The notes: a model not told the origin generated them from the sequence alone. 64,000 nt of DNA from Gammaproteobacteria bacterium (GCA_965243205.1 CBDEUK010000002.1:1824001-1888000); one strand, 5' to 3'; numbered from the stretch's first letter, positions 50,417 to 59,712 are shown. Made by a program: numbers and translations.

Positions 50417-51013
50417 TTGATAAAAAATAAATTTAGGGCAAGCCGATACATCAAGAATGCGGAATTATGTGAGCAATTACCAACTGATACTGGTATCGAA
50501 GTTGCGTTTGCAGGGCGTTCAAACGCCGGTAAATCCAGCTTGATTAATGTACTTACAGATCAAAAATCATTAGCTAGAACCAGTAAATTACCAGGTCGTA
50601 CCCGTCATTTAGTATGTTTTGAGGTCGAACCAGAGCGACGATTGATTGATTTGCCAGGCTATGGCTATGCAAGCGTGAGTCTTCAAATGAAAGATAAATG
50701 GGGTAAGACATTAGATAAATACTTTCAAACTCGTCAGTCATTAGCAGGCCTCATTCTAATCATGGACATACGACATCCGCTAAAACCAGATGATTATCAG
50801 ATGATTCAGTGGTGTGACGCTAGTTCTTTGCCATTACATATCGTGTTGAATAAATCAGATAAGTTATCTCGTGGAGCTGCTAGCCAACAGTTGTCGTCTG
50901 TAAAAAAGCAATTATCAGATGATGCTTCAATACAGTTATTTTCAGCCTTAAAAAAGCAAGGTTTAGATCAATTATTGGAAAAATTGAATATTTGGTTTGG
51001 ATTCGACAAATGA
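50417..51013 (+). CDS. yihA: Ribosome biogenesis GTPase YihA/EngB
   Basis: GRSNAGKSS, SK.PGRT, DLPGYG, NKSDK and FSA motifs. Confidence 0.96.
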   Translation: MIKNKFRASRYIKNAELCEQLPTDTGIEVAFAGRSNAGKSSLINVLTDQKSLARTSKLPGRTRHLVCFEVEPERRLIDLPGYGYASVSLQMKDKWGKTLDKYFQTRQSLAGLILIMDIRHPLKPDDYQMIQWCDASSLPLHIVLNKSDKLSRGAASQQLSSVKKQLSDDASIQLFSALKKQGLDQLLEKLNIWFGFDK

Positions 51014-51135
51014 AAAAAGTGGCCTCAGGAACATGAGAGGGGGGAGGATCCTGAGGCCATTTATAGTATTCCCGGCTATTGGGTAACCGGTAGAAAAAGT
51101 ATCACCCAGGGAGTAAGGGTGATTATTTTTTTCTT
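51013..51135 (-). ncRNA. Candidate three-hairpin sRNA with C-rich loops (ErsA/sX13-like), convergent with engB
   Basis: Three stem-loops, a final 11-bp GC-rich stem followed by U6, and an upstream GGAACTT-N16-ACTAA promoter. The 5' end is estimated. Confidence 0.6.
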
Positions 51136-51140
51136 GTTAG

Positions 51141-51168
51141 TTAGTATTTTTTACTTGCAAAAAGTTCC
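51141..51168 (-). promoter_or_regulatory. RpoE/AlgU-type promoter of the candidate sRNA
   Basis: GGAACTT (51168-51162)-N16-ACTAA (51145-51141). Confidence 0.55.
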
Positions 51169-51202
51169 AGCTTCAGGATCAAAATTATTTGATCCGCGTT
51201 TT

Positions 51203-51497
51203 TTATACACAATTTTATTCATTGTTGCCTAGATCACAGATTATTGTTTAATCACTCCTTCTAAAAGCCGCGTATTATGGTGTAAGTTATTGATATTTAT
51301 AGATAAGCACAACGTTGGTTAAATTTTAACAAATTTGTCATATAAGCCTTAAAAAAAGGCTTTTTTATCGTTTGTACGCTATTTATCCCCAAAGTTATCC
51401 ACTGAAAATGTGGATAAAAATCGAAAGGTTTATTGTGCAATATCTTAGATAAAGTTCATCGAATAAAGAATTAAAAGCTTACGCTAAGTGTTTGATT
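51203..51497. promoter_or_regulatory. DnaA-box cluster with IHF sites (DARS/datA-like)
   Basis: DnaA boxes TTATACACA 51203, TTATCCCCA 51383, TTATCCACT 51395, TGTGGATAA 51409. WATCAANNNNTTR matches on the minus strand at 51283-51295 and 51485-51497. Confidence 0.65.
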
Positions 51498-51519
51498 GTC
51501 GCGTTGCAATATATAGATT

Positions 51520-52983
51520 TTATTGAATCACTTTTAATAGTTGTCCTGAGTTTGGACGACCATCTGGATAGTGATCATTTAAGAGGCGTAGCGTTTCTTC
51601 CGACATTTGTAATAAAGGTGAGCTTTTCGCGAGTTTCTCATAATCCGTTGTGGTATCGGCTTGAATAATTTTCAATGCTAATGGTGCTGATAAGATCTTT
51701 TCATTAGGAGTCAGAGAATGAAAGCTTTGCATGGTATCCATGAAATCTGGGTCGAATCGTGAAATGGTAGCGGATTCTTTGGTTGTTCCTGCAAGGATAT
51801 AGGCCATCTGGTTTTGATAAATGACAGTAAATCGAGTTTCTCTACGACCAAATTCCGTACGGATTTTTGTTGTTGCAGTATGGGCTTCGAACCCATGAAT
51901 ATTTAAAGATTGCTCATTAGCTAACTCATTTAACCCTAGGCGCTCTACCATAAATTGACGCGGTGAGATGCGCTTATTGATGTCTTCAGCGGTTAATTGA
52001 ATAACCGCTTCACCTTTTGGGGCTGAAAATAAAAGTCGATCGGGTTGGTTTGTCACTTGCCAGCCTTTAGGGAAACGTAAGGCAAAGTCCAAATCTTGAT
52101 GATAAAAATGATTACCGCGAGTAATTCCCTCCTTGGGGCTATCACCAAATACCATACCATCAATATTAGAAAAATAGTCTTCTTGGGCGATTTTAGGGGA
52201 GCTTGAGCGTTGTAGTTCGGTGGCAAGTCCAACTACTTCTTGCAAGCGTTTATCATTGCTTGGATGTGTTGAAAATAAACCATGATACGTATTGGGTTCT
52301 CTGCCTTCTTGTTTAGCACGCTGGGTTTCAAACGCTTCTTGATTTTTCAGTACGGAGATAACATCAATCATGGCAGTAGGTTTATATCCAGTGATAGCCA
52401 AATATTCTGCGCCTAACCGATCCGCTTCGAGTTCATGATCTCGTCCGTATCCGCGTAATAATGCGGTACCAAAAATATTCGTAAGCTGACTACCCGCATA
52501 AGTATTCATTCCAGGAATAAAAATAGAGCCGATAAGAGCGCCAATGTTCGCAATCGATGCAGCACTGTGTTGTCGAACACTGTGACGGGCAGTGACATGG
52601 CCGATTTCATGTCCTAATACGGCTGCTAACTCTGCTTCACTATTCAAATATGCCATAAGCCCGCGGGTGATATAGATATAGCCACCCGGTAAAGCAAAGG
52701 CATTAACTTGATTGCTATCAAGCACTGTAAATCTGAATAATAAGTCTTTACGATGGCTATTACGGGCTAGTTTATCCCCGATCTGTTGAACATACTGTTG
52801 TAGCTTTTGATCATCATAAATACCGTATTGTTTGAGTACTTGTTGGTGGGCTTTGCGACCAAGTTCGATTTCTTCTTGTTCTGACATTAGAACCAGGTCT
52901 TGTCCTCCGGTTGCAGGATTACTTGAACAAGCGCTAAGAAATAGTAAAAAGCTAGTTATAAATAGGGTCTTTTGAATTTTCAT
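51520..52983 (-). CDS. M48-family metalloprotease lipoprotein (BepA-like, extended C-terminus)
   Basis: Lipobox LSAC, NAFALPGG, LGHEIGH, E.EAD..G and STHP motifs. Confidence 0.9.
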   Translation of the reverse strand: MKIQKTLFITSFLLFLSACSSNPATGGQDLVLMSEQEEIELGRKAHQQVLKQYGIYDDQKLQQYVQQIGDKLARNSHRKDLLFRFTVLDSNQVNAFALPGGYIYITRGLMAYLNSEAELAAVLGHEIGHVTARHSVRQHSAASIANIGALIGSIFIPGMNTYAGSQLTNIFGTALLRGYGRDHELEADRLGAEYLAITGYKPTAMIDVISVLKNQEAFETQRAKQEGREPNTYHGLFSTHPSNDKRLQEVVGLATELQRSSSPKIAQEDYFSNIDGMVFGDSPKEGITRGNHFYHQDLDFALRFPKGWQVTNQPDRLLFSAPKGEAVIQLTAEDINKRISPRQFMVERLGLNELANEQSLNIHGFEAHTATTKIRTEFGRRETRFTVIYQNQMAYILAGTTKESATISRFDPDFMDTMQSFHSLTPNEKILSAPLALKIIQADTTTDYEKLAKSSPLLQMSEETLRLLNDHYPDGRPNSGQLLKVIQ

Positions 52984-53014
52984 TACTATCCTTTATGAAG
53001 CTACTATCAACAGT

Positions 53015-53042
53015 TTAGAGTGTTTTACAGCAAAAAATATCC
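53015..53042 (-). promoter_or_regulatory. Candidate RpoE-type promoter of the M48 protease
   Basis: GGATATT-N16-TCTAA on the minus strand. Confidence 0.4.
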
Positions 53043-53047
53043 CAGGC

Positions 53048-53078
53048 AAAAAAAAAGCGCTTTAATTAGCGCTTTTTT
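53048..53078 (-). terminator. Intrinsic terminator of rpmE
   Basis: AAAAAAGCGCT-N-AGCGCTTTTTT stem with a 9-T tail on the minus strand. Confidence 0.8.
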
Positions 53079-53097
53079 ATATAAATACAGTGGTAAA

Positions 53098-53298
53098 TTA
53101 CATACCGTATTTCTTACGGAATTTATCCACGCGACCTGCTGTATCTAATATTTTTTGTTTGCCAGTATAGAAAGGGTGGCATTCTGAACATACGTCTATC
53201 ACCATATCTGAGGTATGGGTTGAACGGGTTTTGAATGTGTTACCACAACTGCATTTCACAGAAATTTCTTCGTAAGCTGGATGTATGTCTGTTTTCAT
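53098..53298 (-). CDS. rpmE: 50S ribosomal protein L31 (Zn-binding type A)
   Basis: [26 protein letters not shown] and GRVDKF. Confidence 0.97.
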   Translation of the reverse strand: MKTDIHPAYEEISVKCSCGNTFKTRSTHTSDMVIDVCSECHPFYTGKQKILDTAGRVDKFRKKYGM

Positions 53299-53391
53299 GG
53301 TTCAAGCCGTAAAATTAATAGCAATTACAAGGAGGCGGGAGTCTAGAGCAATCAGTCAGCTTACGCAATAGCCAGATGGTTATTGTGGATT

Positions 53392-53763
53392 TTAATCGCT
53401 TTCTTTATCGAGATTATTGGGAAATTGGATGACATCGGCTGAATTTGCGATGGTTTTCGGGTGTTGAACAGGCTCAGAATCTGACGATTGCAGTTTTTCT
53501 ATAGCTTCGACCAAGCCATTATCACCCAAAACGTTATCCCACATCATTGAGGAGATTTTGATGCATGCCGCCATTGGCGTTTTTGAAGTTTGACGAATTT
53601 GGTCTATTTGCCATTGAATACCTTGCATTCGTTTTTGCATGTCTTCGGGGCTTTCTTCAATAATTTTATCGATTTGCTCTTTTCTTAGGCGTTCGAATTC
53701 TTCTGGATCGTTTTTAGCGAGCTCTGCCCAGTATTCAAAGTCAAAGTCGGTTTCTATTTCCAT
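53392..53763 (-). CDS. DUF3135 domain protein
   Basis: FDFE.W..LA..DPEEFE.LR...I...I......R..G.QW.ID pattern. Confidence 0.8.
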   Translation of the reverse strand: MEIETDFDFEYWAELAKNDPEEFERLRKEQIDKIIEESPEDMQKRMQGIQWQIDQIRQTSKTPMAACIKISSMMWDNVLGDNGLVEAIEKLQSSDSEPVQHPKTIANSADVIQFPNNLDKESD

Positions 53764-53840
53764 GTTGCCTATGCAGATCGATTGGTTAACTCAGTTTGTC
53801 GGGTAATTCTAGAAAAAGCTTTAAAAATATTATTGCAGTA

Positions 53841-54611
53841 CTAGAGTTTAAACTCGGCAACCACAGGCGCATGATCCGATGGTCTTTCGAGTTTTCTTGG
53901 GTTTTTATCGACGTAACAAGCCTTACAACTCTTGGCTAGAGGTAAGCTGGCTAGAATATGATCAATTCGTAGACCTAAATTTCTTCGAAAACCGGCTGCA
54001 CGGTAATCCCACCAGGAAAAAGTGCCTGGTTCTTGATTGAACATGCGGAAGCAATCAATAAAGTCTTTTTCAATCAGTGCATTGTAATGTGAACGTTCAG
54101 GCTCGCTACAATGAACTTTATCTTTCCAGGCTGCAGGGTCATGAACATCATCATCCGTTGGAGCGATATTAAAGTCGCCCATGATGATGATTTCTTCATA
54201 TTGATCGTTCAGTGATTCAACCAATAGTTGCAGATTATCAAGCCAATCCAATTTATAGTCATATTTTTCAGAACCGACTTCTGATCCATTAGGAATATAT
54301 AAATTCAGGATAAAGATATCATTGATGATAGCGCCAATAACTCTACGCTGCGGGTCATCAAAATCTGGAAGATCTGTGATGATGTCGCTAGCAGAGGTTT
54401 TACTTAACAGCGCAACACCGTTATAGGTTTTTTGACCATTGAAAATTGCTTGGTAACCAGCAGCTTCTATTTCTTCGAGTGGAAATTGATCGTTCGTAAG
54501 TTTGAGTTCTTGAAGGCCTAATACGTCGACGGGGTTTTGTTCCAACCAATCTAAAACATGAGGTAGTCTCACACGTAGAGAGTTGACGTTCCAACTAGCG
54601 ACTTTAAACAT
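53841..54611 (-). CDS. xth: Exodeoxyribonuclease III
   Basis: SWNVNS, LQE.K, YNGVA, GDFN, SWWDYR, GLRIDH and SDHAP motifs. Confidence 0.95.
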   Translation of the reverse strand: MFKVASWNVNSLRVRLPHVLDWLEQNPVDVLGLQELKLTNDQFPLEEIEAAGYQAIFNGQKTYNGVALLSKTSASDIITDLPDFDDPQRRVIGAIINDIFILNLYIPNGSEVGSEKYDYKLDWLDNLQLLVESLNDQYEEIIIMGDFNIAPTDDDVHDPAAWKDKVHCSEPERSHYNALIEKDFIDCFRMFNQEPGTFSWWDYRAAGFRRNLGLRIDHILASLPLAKSCKACYVDKNPRKLERPSDHAPVVAEFKL

Positions 54612-54640
54612 TATTTTTTATGAAATTTAATTAATTAAAA

Positions 54641-55351
54641 TTAGACTCTAAACCCGCCGTGTTGACGACGTTTATAAAAATCAAGCAATACCATTCCCAA
54701 TACGATTCCGATTACTATAGCGAACAAAATTATCCAGAGCAGAGTCTTTGAAATATTGACTGGAGTTTGAGCTCTTGGGTTTGAATTAGCCGTTTGATTT
54801 TTAAGATCAGAAACGATTTGTTCCAGTTCCATGTTCCTTTGTTTTGTAGCTTCCAGTTCAGCAGACAAATGAGAGGAATCGGTGGTATTAGTTGATTTAG
54901 TCGATTTTTTTTGTTTACTTAGTTTTGCTTCCAGTTCAGCAACTTTAAGTTTCATCGATTTGAGTTCTTTACTTTCTTGAATAGTTTTTACGTTGCTTAA
55001 ATCGTGTTTCAATTGTTTGATTTCTGTTTCAGCCCGACTTAACTCAGTTTCAAGCGCTTGGACTTTTTGATTAGCACCATTGTTGGTTTGATTAACAGTT
55101 TGCTCACTTAGATATGCTGTGTTAACCCAGCCAATGTTGCCTTCTTGATCTTTTACCTTTGACATATCAACACCACGTTGTTGAATTTCAAGGGCAGAGC
55201 CAGTTGGTAGAATTTTTATGATGGGACTATTGATCTTGGCATCGGCATGAAGACCTACTTTTATGTTATCAATGATGTTTACCGTTTCAGCAAGGCTGGA
55301 AAACGGTATTAGCAGCATTGATAAGATAGTGAGTAGTAGATATTTAGCCAT
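54641..55351 (-). CDS. TIGR04211-like SH3 domain protein
   Basis: Signal peptide, SH3b (GWV...YL), coiled coil, C-terminal TM followed by RRQHGGFR. Confidence 0.8.
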   Translation of the reverse strand: MAKYLLLTILSMLLIPFSSLAETVNIIDNIKVGLHADAKINSPIIKILPTGSALEIQQRGVDMSKVKDQEGNIGWVNTAYLSEQTVNQTNNGANQKVQALETELSRAETEIKQLKHDLSNVKTIQESKELKSMKLKVAELEAKLSKQKKSTKSTNTTDSSHLSAELEATKQRNMELEQIVSDLKNQTANSNPRAQTPVNISKTLLWIILFAIVIGIVLGMVLLDFYKRRQHGGFRV

Positions 55352-55361
55352 TTTATTGTAA

Positions 55362-57398
55362 TTATTTTATTCCTGAGTGTTTTAGTAAAGCATCAATGGT
55401 AGGTTTGCGGCCACGGAACTTAACAAAAAGCTCCATCGGTTCAAGCGATCCACCTTGCTCAAGGATATTATGCAAAAAATTCGCGCCAGTTTCAGGATTA
55501 AAAATGCCTTCTTCTTCAAAAAGTGAAAATGCATCAGCGGAAAGGACTTCGGCCCATTTATAACTGTAATAGCCTGCAGCATAACCCCCGGCAAAAATAT
55601 GAGAAAAACTATGTTGAAAGCGGTTGTAGTCAGGTGGAATGATTACGGCTACTTCATGACGGACGTCATTGAGTAATTTTTGTATATCGAAGTTAGCATC
55701 AGGCTTATAAAGGAGGTGAAGTTTGAAATCGAACAAGGCAAATTCGAGTTGCCTCACCATTTGCATACCCGATTGAAAGTTTTTTGCTGCAACCATTTTC
55801 TCAAACAGTTCATCTGGTAAGGACTTACCCGTTTCATAATGTTTGGCAAATAAATCTAAAGCTTCACGTTCCCAACACCAATTTTCCATAAATTGGCTTG
55901 GTAATTCGACGGCATCCCAGGCTACACCATTGATTCCAGAGACGGCGGCAAAATCGACTTTGGTTAGCATGTGGTGCAAGCCATGACCAAATTCATGAAA
56001 CAGGGTTGTGACTTCGTCATGAGTTAACAAAGAAGGTTTGTCTTTAATCGGTGGAGTAAAATTGCACGTTAAATATGCTACGGGGTTTTGAATTCCCTTA
56101 TCAGTTCTACGACGCACTATGCATTCATCCATCCAGGCGCCACCGCGTTTGCTGTTTCTGGCATATAAATCCAAATAGAAACTGCCTCTAATTTCGCCTG
56201 TGTTGTCTTTGATTTCGAAAAAAGACACATCTTCATGCCAGCGCGGAACATTGTTTATCTCACTAATAGAAAGCCCATAGAGTTTTTCTACAACCGCAAA
56301 TAATCCTTCCAATACCAGAGGCACTGGAAAGTACGGACGCAGATCTTCTTGTGAGAATTGATATTTAGATTGTTTCAGTTTTTCCGAGTAATAAGCGATA
56401 TCCCAGGCATTCAAAGAATCGATTTTATATTCAGCCTGTGCAAATGTTTTTAATTCAGTAAATTCTGCTTCGGCGATTGATTTTGATTGCTGTGCCAGGT
56501 CTTTTAAAAAACCAATAACTTCATCGGTCTCATTAGCCATTTTGGTTGCAAGTGAACGATGTGCGTAACTATCAAAACCCAATAGTTGAGCCAACTGATA
56601 TCGCGTTTCTAAAATATCCAGCATGATTTGGCTGTTATCCCATTTGCCGTTATCTGGTCCTTGTTCAGATGCTCGCGTTACGTATGCCTCATACATTTCT
56701 TTGCGTAATTCTGCATTGTCTGTATAGGTCATGACTGGGTAATACGAAGGAAAATCTAAAGTAAATAGCCAACCTTCTACATTTTGTTGTTCGGCAGTTT
56801 GTTTGGCTAAAGCTTTGGCAGAATCGGGTAAGCCGCTTAATTCATCTTCATCAGTAATAATCTTTTTGAAAGCGTGAGTTGCGTCTAGCAAGTTTTCTTC
56901 AAACTTTGTTTGTAGTGCAGATAATTTTTGTTGCAGTGATTTATACTCAGCTTGTTTTTCTTCTGGCAGATCAATGCCAGAGAGTTTGAAATCACGTAAG
57001 GTGTTTTCAATGATCTTTTTTTGAGCTTGTTCTAAGTTCTTGTAATCAGAGTTCTCACTTAATGATTGGTATAACGAGAATAACTCTTTGTTTTGTCCCA
57101 TCTCTGTGGAGTAAGCAGATAGTTTTGGGATGCATGCGTTATAAGCTTTACGTAGTTCGTCATTATCTGCAACAGAATGTAGATGACTTACAGGAGACCA
57201 TGCTCTATTAAGACGATCATCCAGTTGGTCTAATACGTCAACAGTATTATTCCAATTGATATCTATCGTCGTTTTAAGCAAGTTTTCGATTTGCTTACGA
57301 TTATCTTCTAATAAAAAATCTATAGCCGGTTCAATGTGGTTTGAATCGATATCTTCAAATTTTGGTAATCCAAGAGCGTTTAATAAAGGGTTCGTCAT
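55362..57398 (-). CDS. prlC: Oligopeptidase A
   Basis: MTNPLL, KRGGAWM, TLFHEFGHGLHH, ELPSQFMENW and GGYAAGYYSYKWAE motifs. Confidence 0.96.
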   Translation of the reverse strand: MTNPLLNALGLPKFEDIDSNHIEPAIDFLLEDNRKQIENLLKTTIDINWNNTVDVLDQLDDRLNRAWSPVSHLHSVADNDELRKAYNACIPKLSAYSTEMGQNKELFSLYQSLSENSDYKNLEQAQKKIIENTLRDFKLSGIDLPEEKQAEYKSLQQKLSALQTKFEENLLDATHAFKKIITDEDELSGLPDSAKALAKQTAEQQNVEGWLFTLDFPSYYPVMTYTDNAELRKEMYEAYVTRASEQGPDNGKWDNSQIMLDILETRYQLAQLLGFDSYAHRSLATKMANETDEVIGFLKDLAQQSKSIAEAEFTELKTFAQAEYKIDSLNAWDIAYYSEKLKQSKYQFSQEDLRPYFPVPLVLEGLFAVVEKLYGLSISEINNVPRWHEDVSFFEIKDNTGEIRGSFYLDLYARNSKRGGAWMDECIVRRRTDKGIQNPVAYLTCNFTPPIKDKPSLLTHDEVTTLFHEFGHGLHHMLTKVDFAAVSGINGVAWDAVELPSQFMENWCWEREALDLFAKHYETGKSLPDELFEKMVAAKNFQSGMQMVRQLEFALFDFKLHLLYKPDANFDIQKLLNDVRHEVAVIIPPDYNRFQHSFSHIFAGGYAAGYYSYKWAEVLSADAFSLFEEEGIFNPETGANFLHNILEQGGSLEPMELFVKFRGRKPTIDALLKHSGIK

Positions 57399-57466
57399 TG
57401 TTATCTTACTGAAGGTTAAATTTAGTTACTTAAGGTACGTTTTTTTAAGGTTAATCTTAGCTTGTT

Positions 57467-58417
57467 TTAAATCCCATTGCTGATTCGTATTTGTATCAAT
57501 GTAATGCTAATAATTGATAGTGCCAGACTAAGTCCAAATTTCCATAATAATTCTAGGTTAAGTTGTTTTAGAAAGTCTGACTGGGGTTTAGCCGATAAAA
57601 TATATGGACGTCGTCGGTCTTTAGTTTGTTCCATCATGTGTGTAGGTAATGATAAGGACAAATCTTGATGGCGCATTAATACCTCTTGATAAGCAGTTTT
57701 TCTAGCGGTTTGCCATTCTTCCATATCAATCTCTCCATCACCATTGGCGTCAAATCGTTCGAGTAGCTGCACGCTGTCTTTTTTCCACTCGCTGAGTAAC
57801 TCTTTGACATCAGCATTGATATCAACATATTCACCACCACCGATACTATGGAAAAAACCTACAGCATATAATGGTGCGTTTAATTCGATTCGATGTTCAG
57901 TATATTTATATTTGTTAAAACCGTTTGAACCTTGAAAACGTTTTGCTCTTGGAATAGTGCCGAACATAGGTGAAGAACTCATTGAGCTGCTATACCATGT
58001 TTCTTTTGAATTAGGTGTTACCACAGCATTTTCAGGATCAATAACACATTCGCCTGTACCATCATCTAATAAAAATAGGTCATCACTGGAGCCACTATTG
58101 ATCGTTTGCCAATATGTTCCGTCGGAATCATTTTTTCGTTCCTCGACTTTAAAATAATACCATGCGCAGTTAACGCCACTGTAAGGTGCAACAATCGGGG
58201 TGCCTTGCATTAATTTAGCCTTTCCTTCGAGCTCTATATAACCTTGGGCGGCAGAATGAATTCGTGAGGTAGGTAAGTCTTCAATCAACCGTTTACGATA
58301 AAATGTTTGGAAACATAAATAGATCACATACAAGGTCGATATGACTAATACAGAAAGTGCTATATAAACATGTGGGGTTGACCCAAATTTCACCCACCCC
58401 AAAAAGTTATCCAACAT
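57467..58417 (-). CDS. GIDE/BAM-domain membrane protein with an inserted EF-hand
   Basis: N- and C-terminal TMs; RLIED.PTS.I.SAAQGY.ELEG, F.LDDGTG.C..DP..A; EF loop DANGDGEIDMEE. Confidence 0.75.
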   Translation of the reverse strand: MLDNFLGWVKFGSTPHVYIALSVLVISTLYVIYLCFQTFYRKRLIEDLPTSRIHSAAQGYIELEGKAKLMQGTPIVAPYSGVNCAWYYFKVEERKNDSDGTYWQTINSGSSDDLFLLDDGTGECVIDPENAVVTPNSKETWYSSSMSSSPMFGTIPRAKRFQGSNGFNKYKYTEHRIELNAPLYAVGFFHSIGGGEYVDINADVKELLSEWKKDSVQLLERFDANGDGEIDMEEWQTARKTAYQEVLMRHQDLSLSLPTHMMEQTKDRRRPYILSAKPQSDFLKQLNLELLWKFGLSLALSIISITLIQIRISNGI

Positions 58418-58423
58418 GTAAAA

Positions 58424-59002
58424 TTAGCTGAATAAATCTTTCACATTAACGTCTTTGATTTCCTCTTCAGCAAATTCAAGTAATTCTCTTGGTCCAAAGT
58501 TAAACATATTGGCAATGATCACATCAGGAAATTGTTCAATACGAACGTTATTGTTATTCACTGATTCGTTATAAAATTCTCGACGATCAGCAATCGAGTT
58601 TTCTAATCCTGTGATTCGACTTTGTAGATGAGTAAAGCTTTCATTAGCTTTAAGATCAGGATAAGCCTCAGCAACAGCGAATAAACTGCCGAGTCCCAAT
58701 CTAAGTTGTGATTCTGCTTGGCCTAATGCACCTATATCGCCACTTTCTCTGGCTTGAGAAACCGCTGAACGAGCTTGCATCACTTTTTCTAAGGTTTCTT
58801 GCTCGTACTTCATGTATTGCTTACAGGTCTCAACCAACTTTGGAAGTTCATCGTGTCGTTGTTTGAGTAAGACATCGATATTAGCCCAAGCTTTATCAAC
58901 ATTATGTTTAAGTGTCACAAGGTTGTTATAGATTGTGACGCCGTACAAAGCGATGATAACGATAATGGCCAAAAATACGATGAGGCTAAGGCTGAAATCC
59001 AT
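58424..59002 (-). CDS. lemA: LemA family protein (alternative start 59014)
   Basis: YNNLV, AW.NIDV.L.QR, AEAYPDLKA and EN.I..RR.FYN motifs; GGAG RBS before ATG 59002. Confidence 0.93.
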   Translation of the reverse strand: MDFSLSLIVFLAIIVIIALYGVTIYNNLVTLKHNVDKAWANIDVLLKQRHDELPKLVETCKQYMKYEQETLEKVMQARSAVSQARESGDIGALGQAESQLRLGLGSLFAVAEAYPDLKANESFTHLQSRITGLENSIADRREFYNESVNNNNVRIEQFPDVIIANMFNFGPRELLEFAEEEIKDVNVKDLFS

Positions 59003-59074
59003 AGTCTTCTCCATTTAATAATTGATTAAGGCTTAATTAATAACAAAGTCTTGTTGAAATTGAGTCCTAATGCA

Positions 59075-59141
59075 AATGAGAATAATTCATATTAAAAATC
59101 AATCACTTATAGCTTGACTTGCTATAATCTAAGCATAGTAT
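59075..59141 (+). promoter_or_regulatory. Fur box, IHF site and sigma70 promoter upstream of bfr
   Basis: AATGAGAATAATTCATATT (59075-59093), AATCAATCACTTA (59097-59109), TTGACT-N16-TAGTAT (59114-59141). Confidence 0.6.
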
Positions 59142-59183
59142 TCAGCTATTATAAATTAGTAACGCACGCTTGGAGAAATTGAA

Positions 59184-59654
59184 ATGAAAGGCGATAGTAA
59201 AGTTATCGAACATTTGAACGTTGTTTTAAAAAATGAGCTAACAGCTATTAATCAATATTTTTTACACGCCAAGATGTACAAAGATTGGGGGTTAAAGGAG
59301 TTAGCCGAGCATGAGCATCATGAGTCCATCGATGAGATGAAGCATGCAGATAAATTAGTCGAGAGAATTTTATTTTTAGAAGGTTTGCCAAACTTACAAG
59401 ATTTGGGTGCTTTAATGATCGGTGAAAAGACCAAGGAAATGTTGGAGTGCGATCTAAAATTAGAAATGATGGCACATGTGGACTTAAAAGCAGCTATTAC
59501 TTATTGCGAAGAAATTAAAGATTTCGTATCACGTGAGTTATTTGAAGAAATCTTAGAAAGTGAAGAAGAACATATCGATTGGTTAGAAACACAATTATCA
59601 TTGATAGATAAAGTTGGAATCGAGAATTATCAGCAATCTATGATGAGTGAATAA
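59184..59654 (+). CDS. bfr: Bacterioferritin
   Basis: [23 protein letters not shown] (heme Met), RILFLEG.PN and EEEHIDWLE. Confidence 0.97.
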   Translation: MKGDSKVIEHLNVVLKNELTAINQYFLHAKMYKDWGLKELAEHEHHESIDEMKHADKLVERILFLEGLPNLQDLGALMIGEKTKEMLECDLKLEMMAHVDLKAAITYCEEIKDFVSRELFEEILESEEEHIDWLETQLSLIDKVGIENYQQSMMSE

Positions 59655-59675
59655 AAATCCTATAAAACTCTTTAT

Positions 59676-59712
59676 AAAAAGCCTTGTTAAATTCTTATAC
59701 AAGGCTTTTTTA
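59676..59712 (+). terminator. Intrinsic terminator of bfr (potentially bidirectional)
   Basis: AAAAAGCCTTGT-N-ACAAGGCTTTTTT. Confidence 0.8.

Noticed and set aside
51020-51180. CsrB/RsmZ-type plus-strand RNA (GGA motifs in loops)
   Set aside because: Only about four GGA motifs and no plus-strand promoter (the region abuts the engB stop), whereas the minus strand has both promoter and terminator. Kept as a minor alternative.
51170-51519. Chromosomal origin oriC
   Set aside because: Only four DnaA boxes, few GATC sites, no evident 13-mer DUE and none of the usual neighbours (dnaA, gidA, rpmH, parAB). A DARS/datA-like element fits better.
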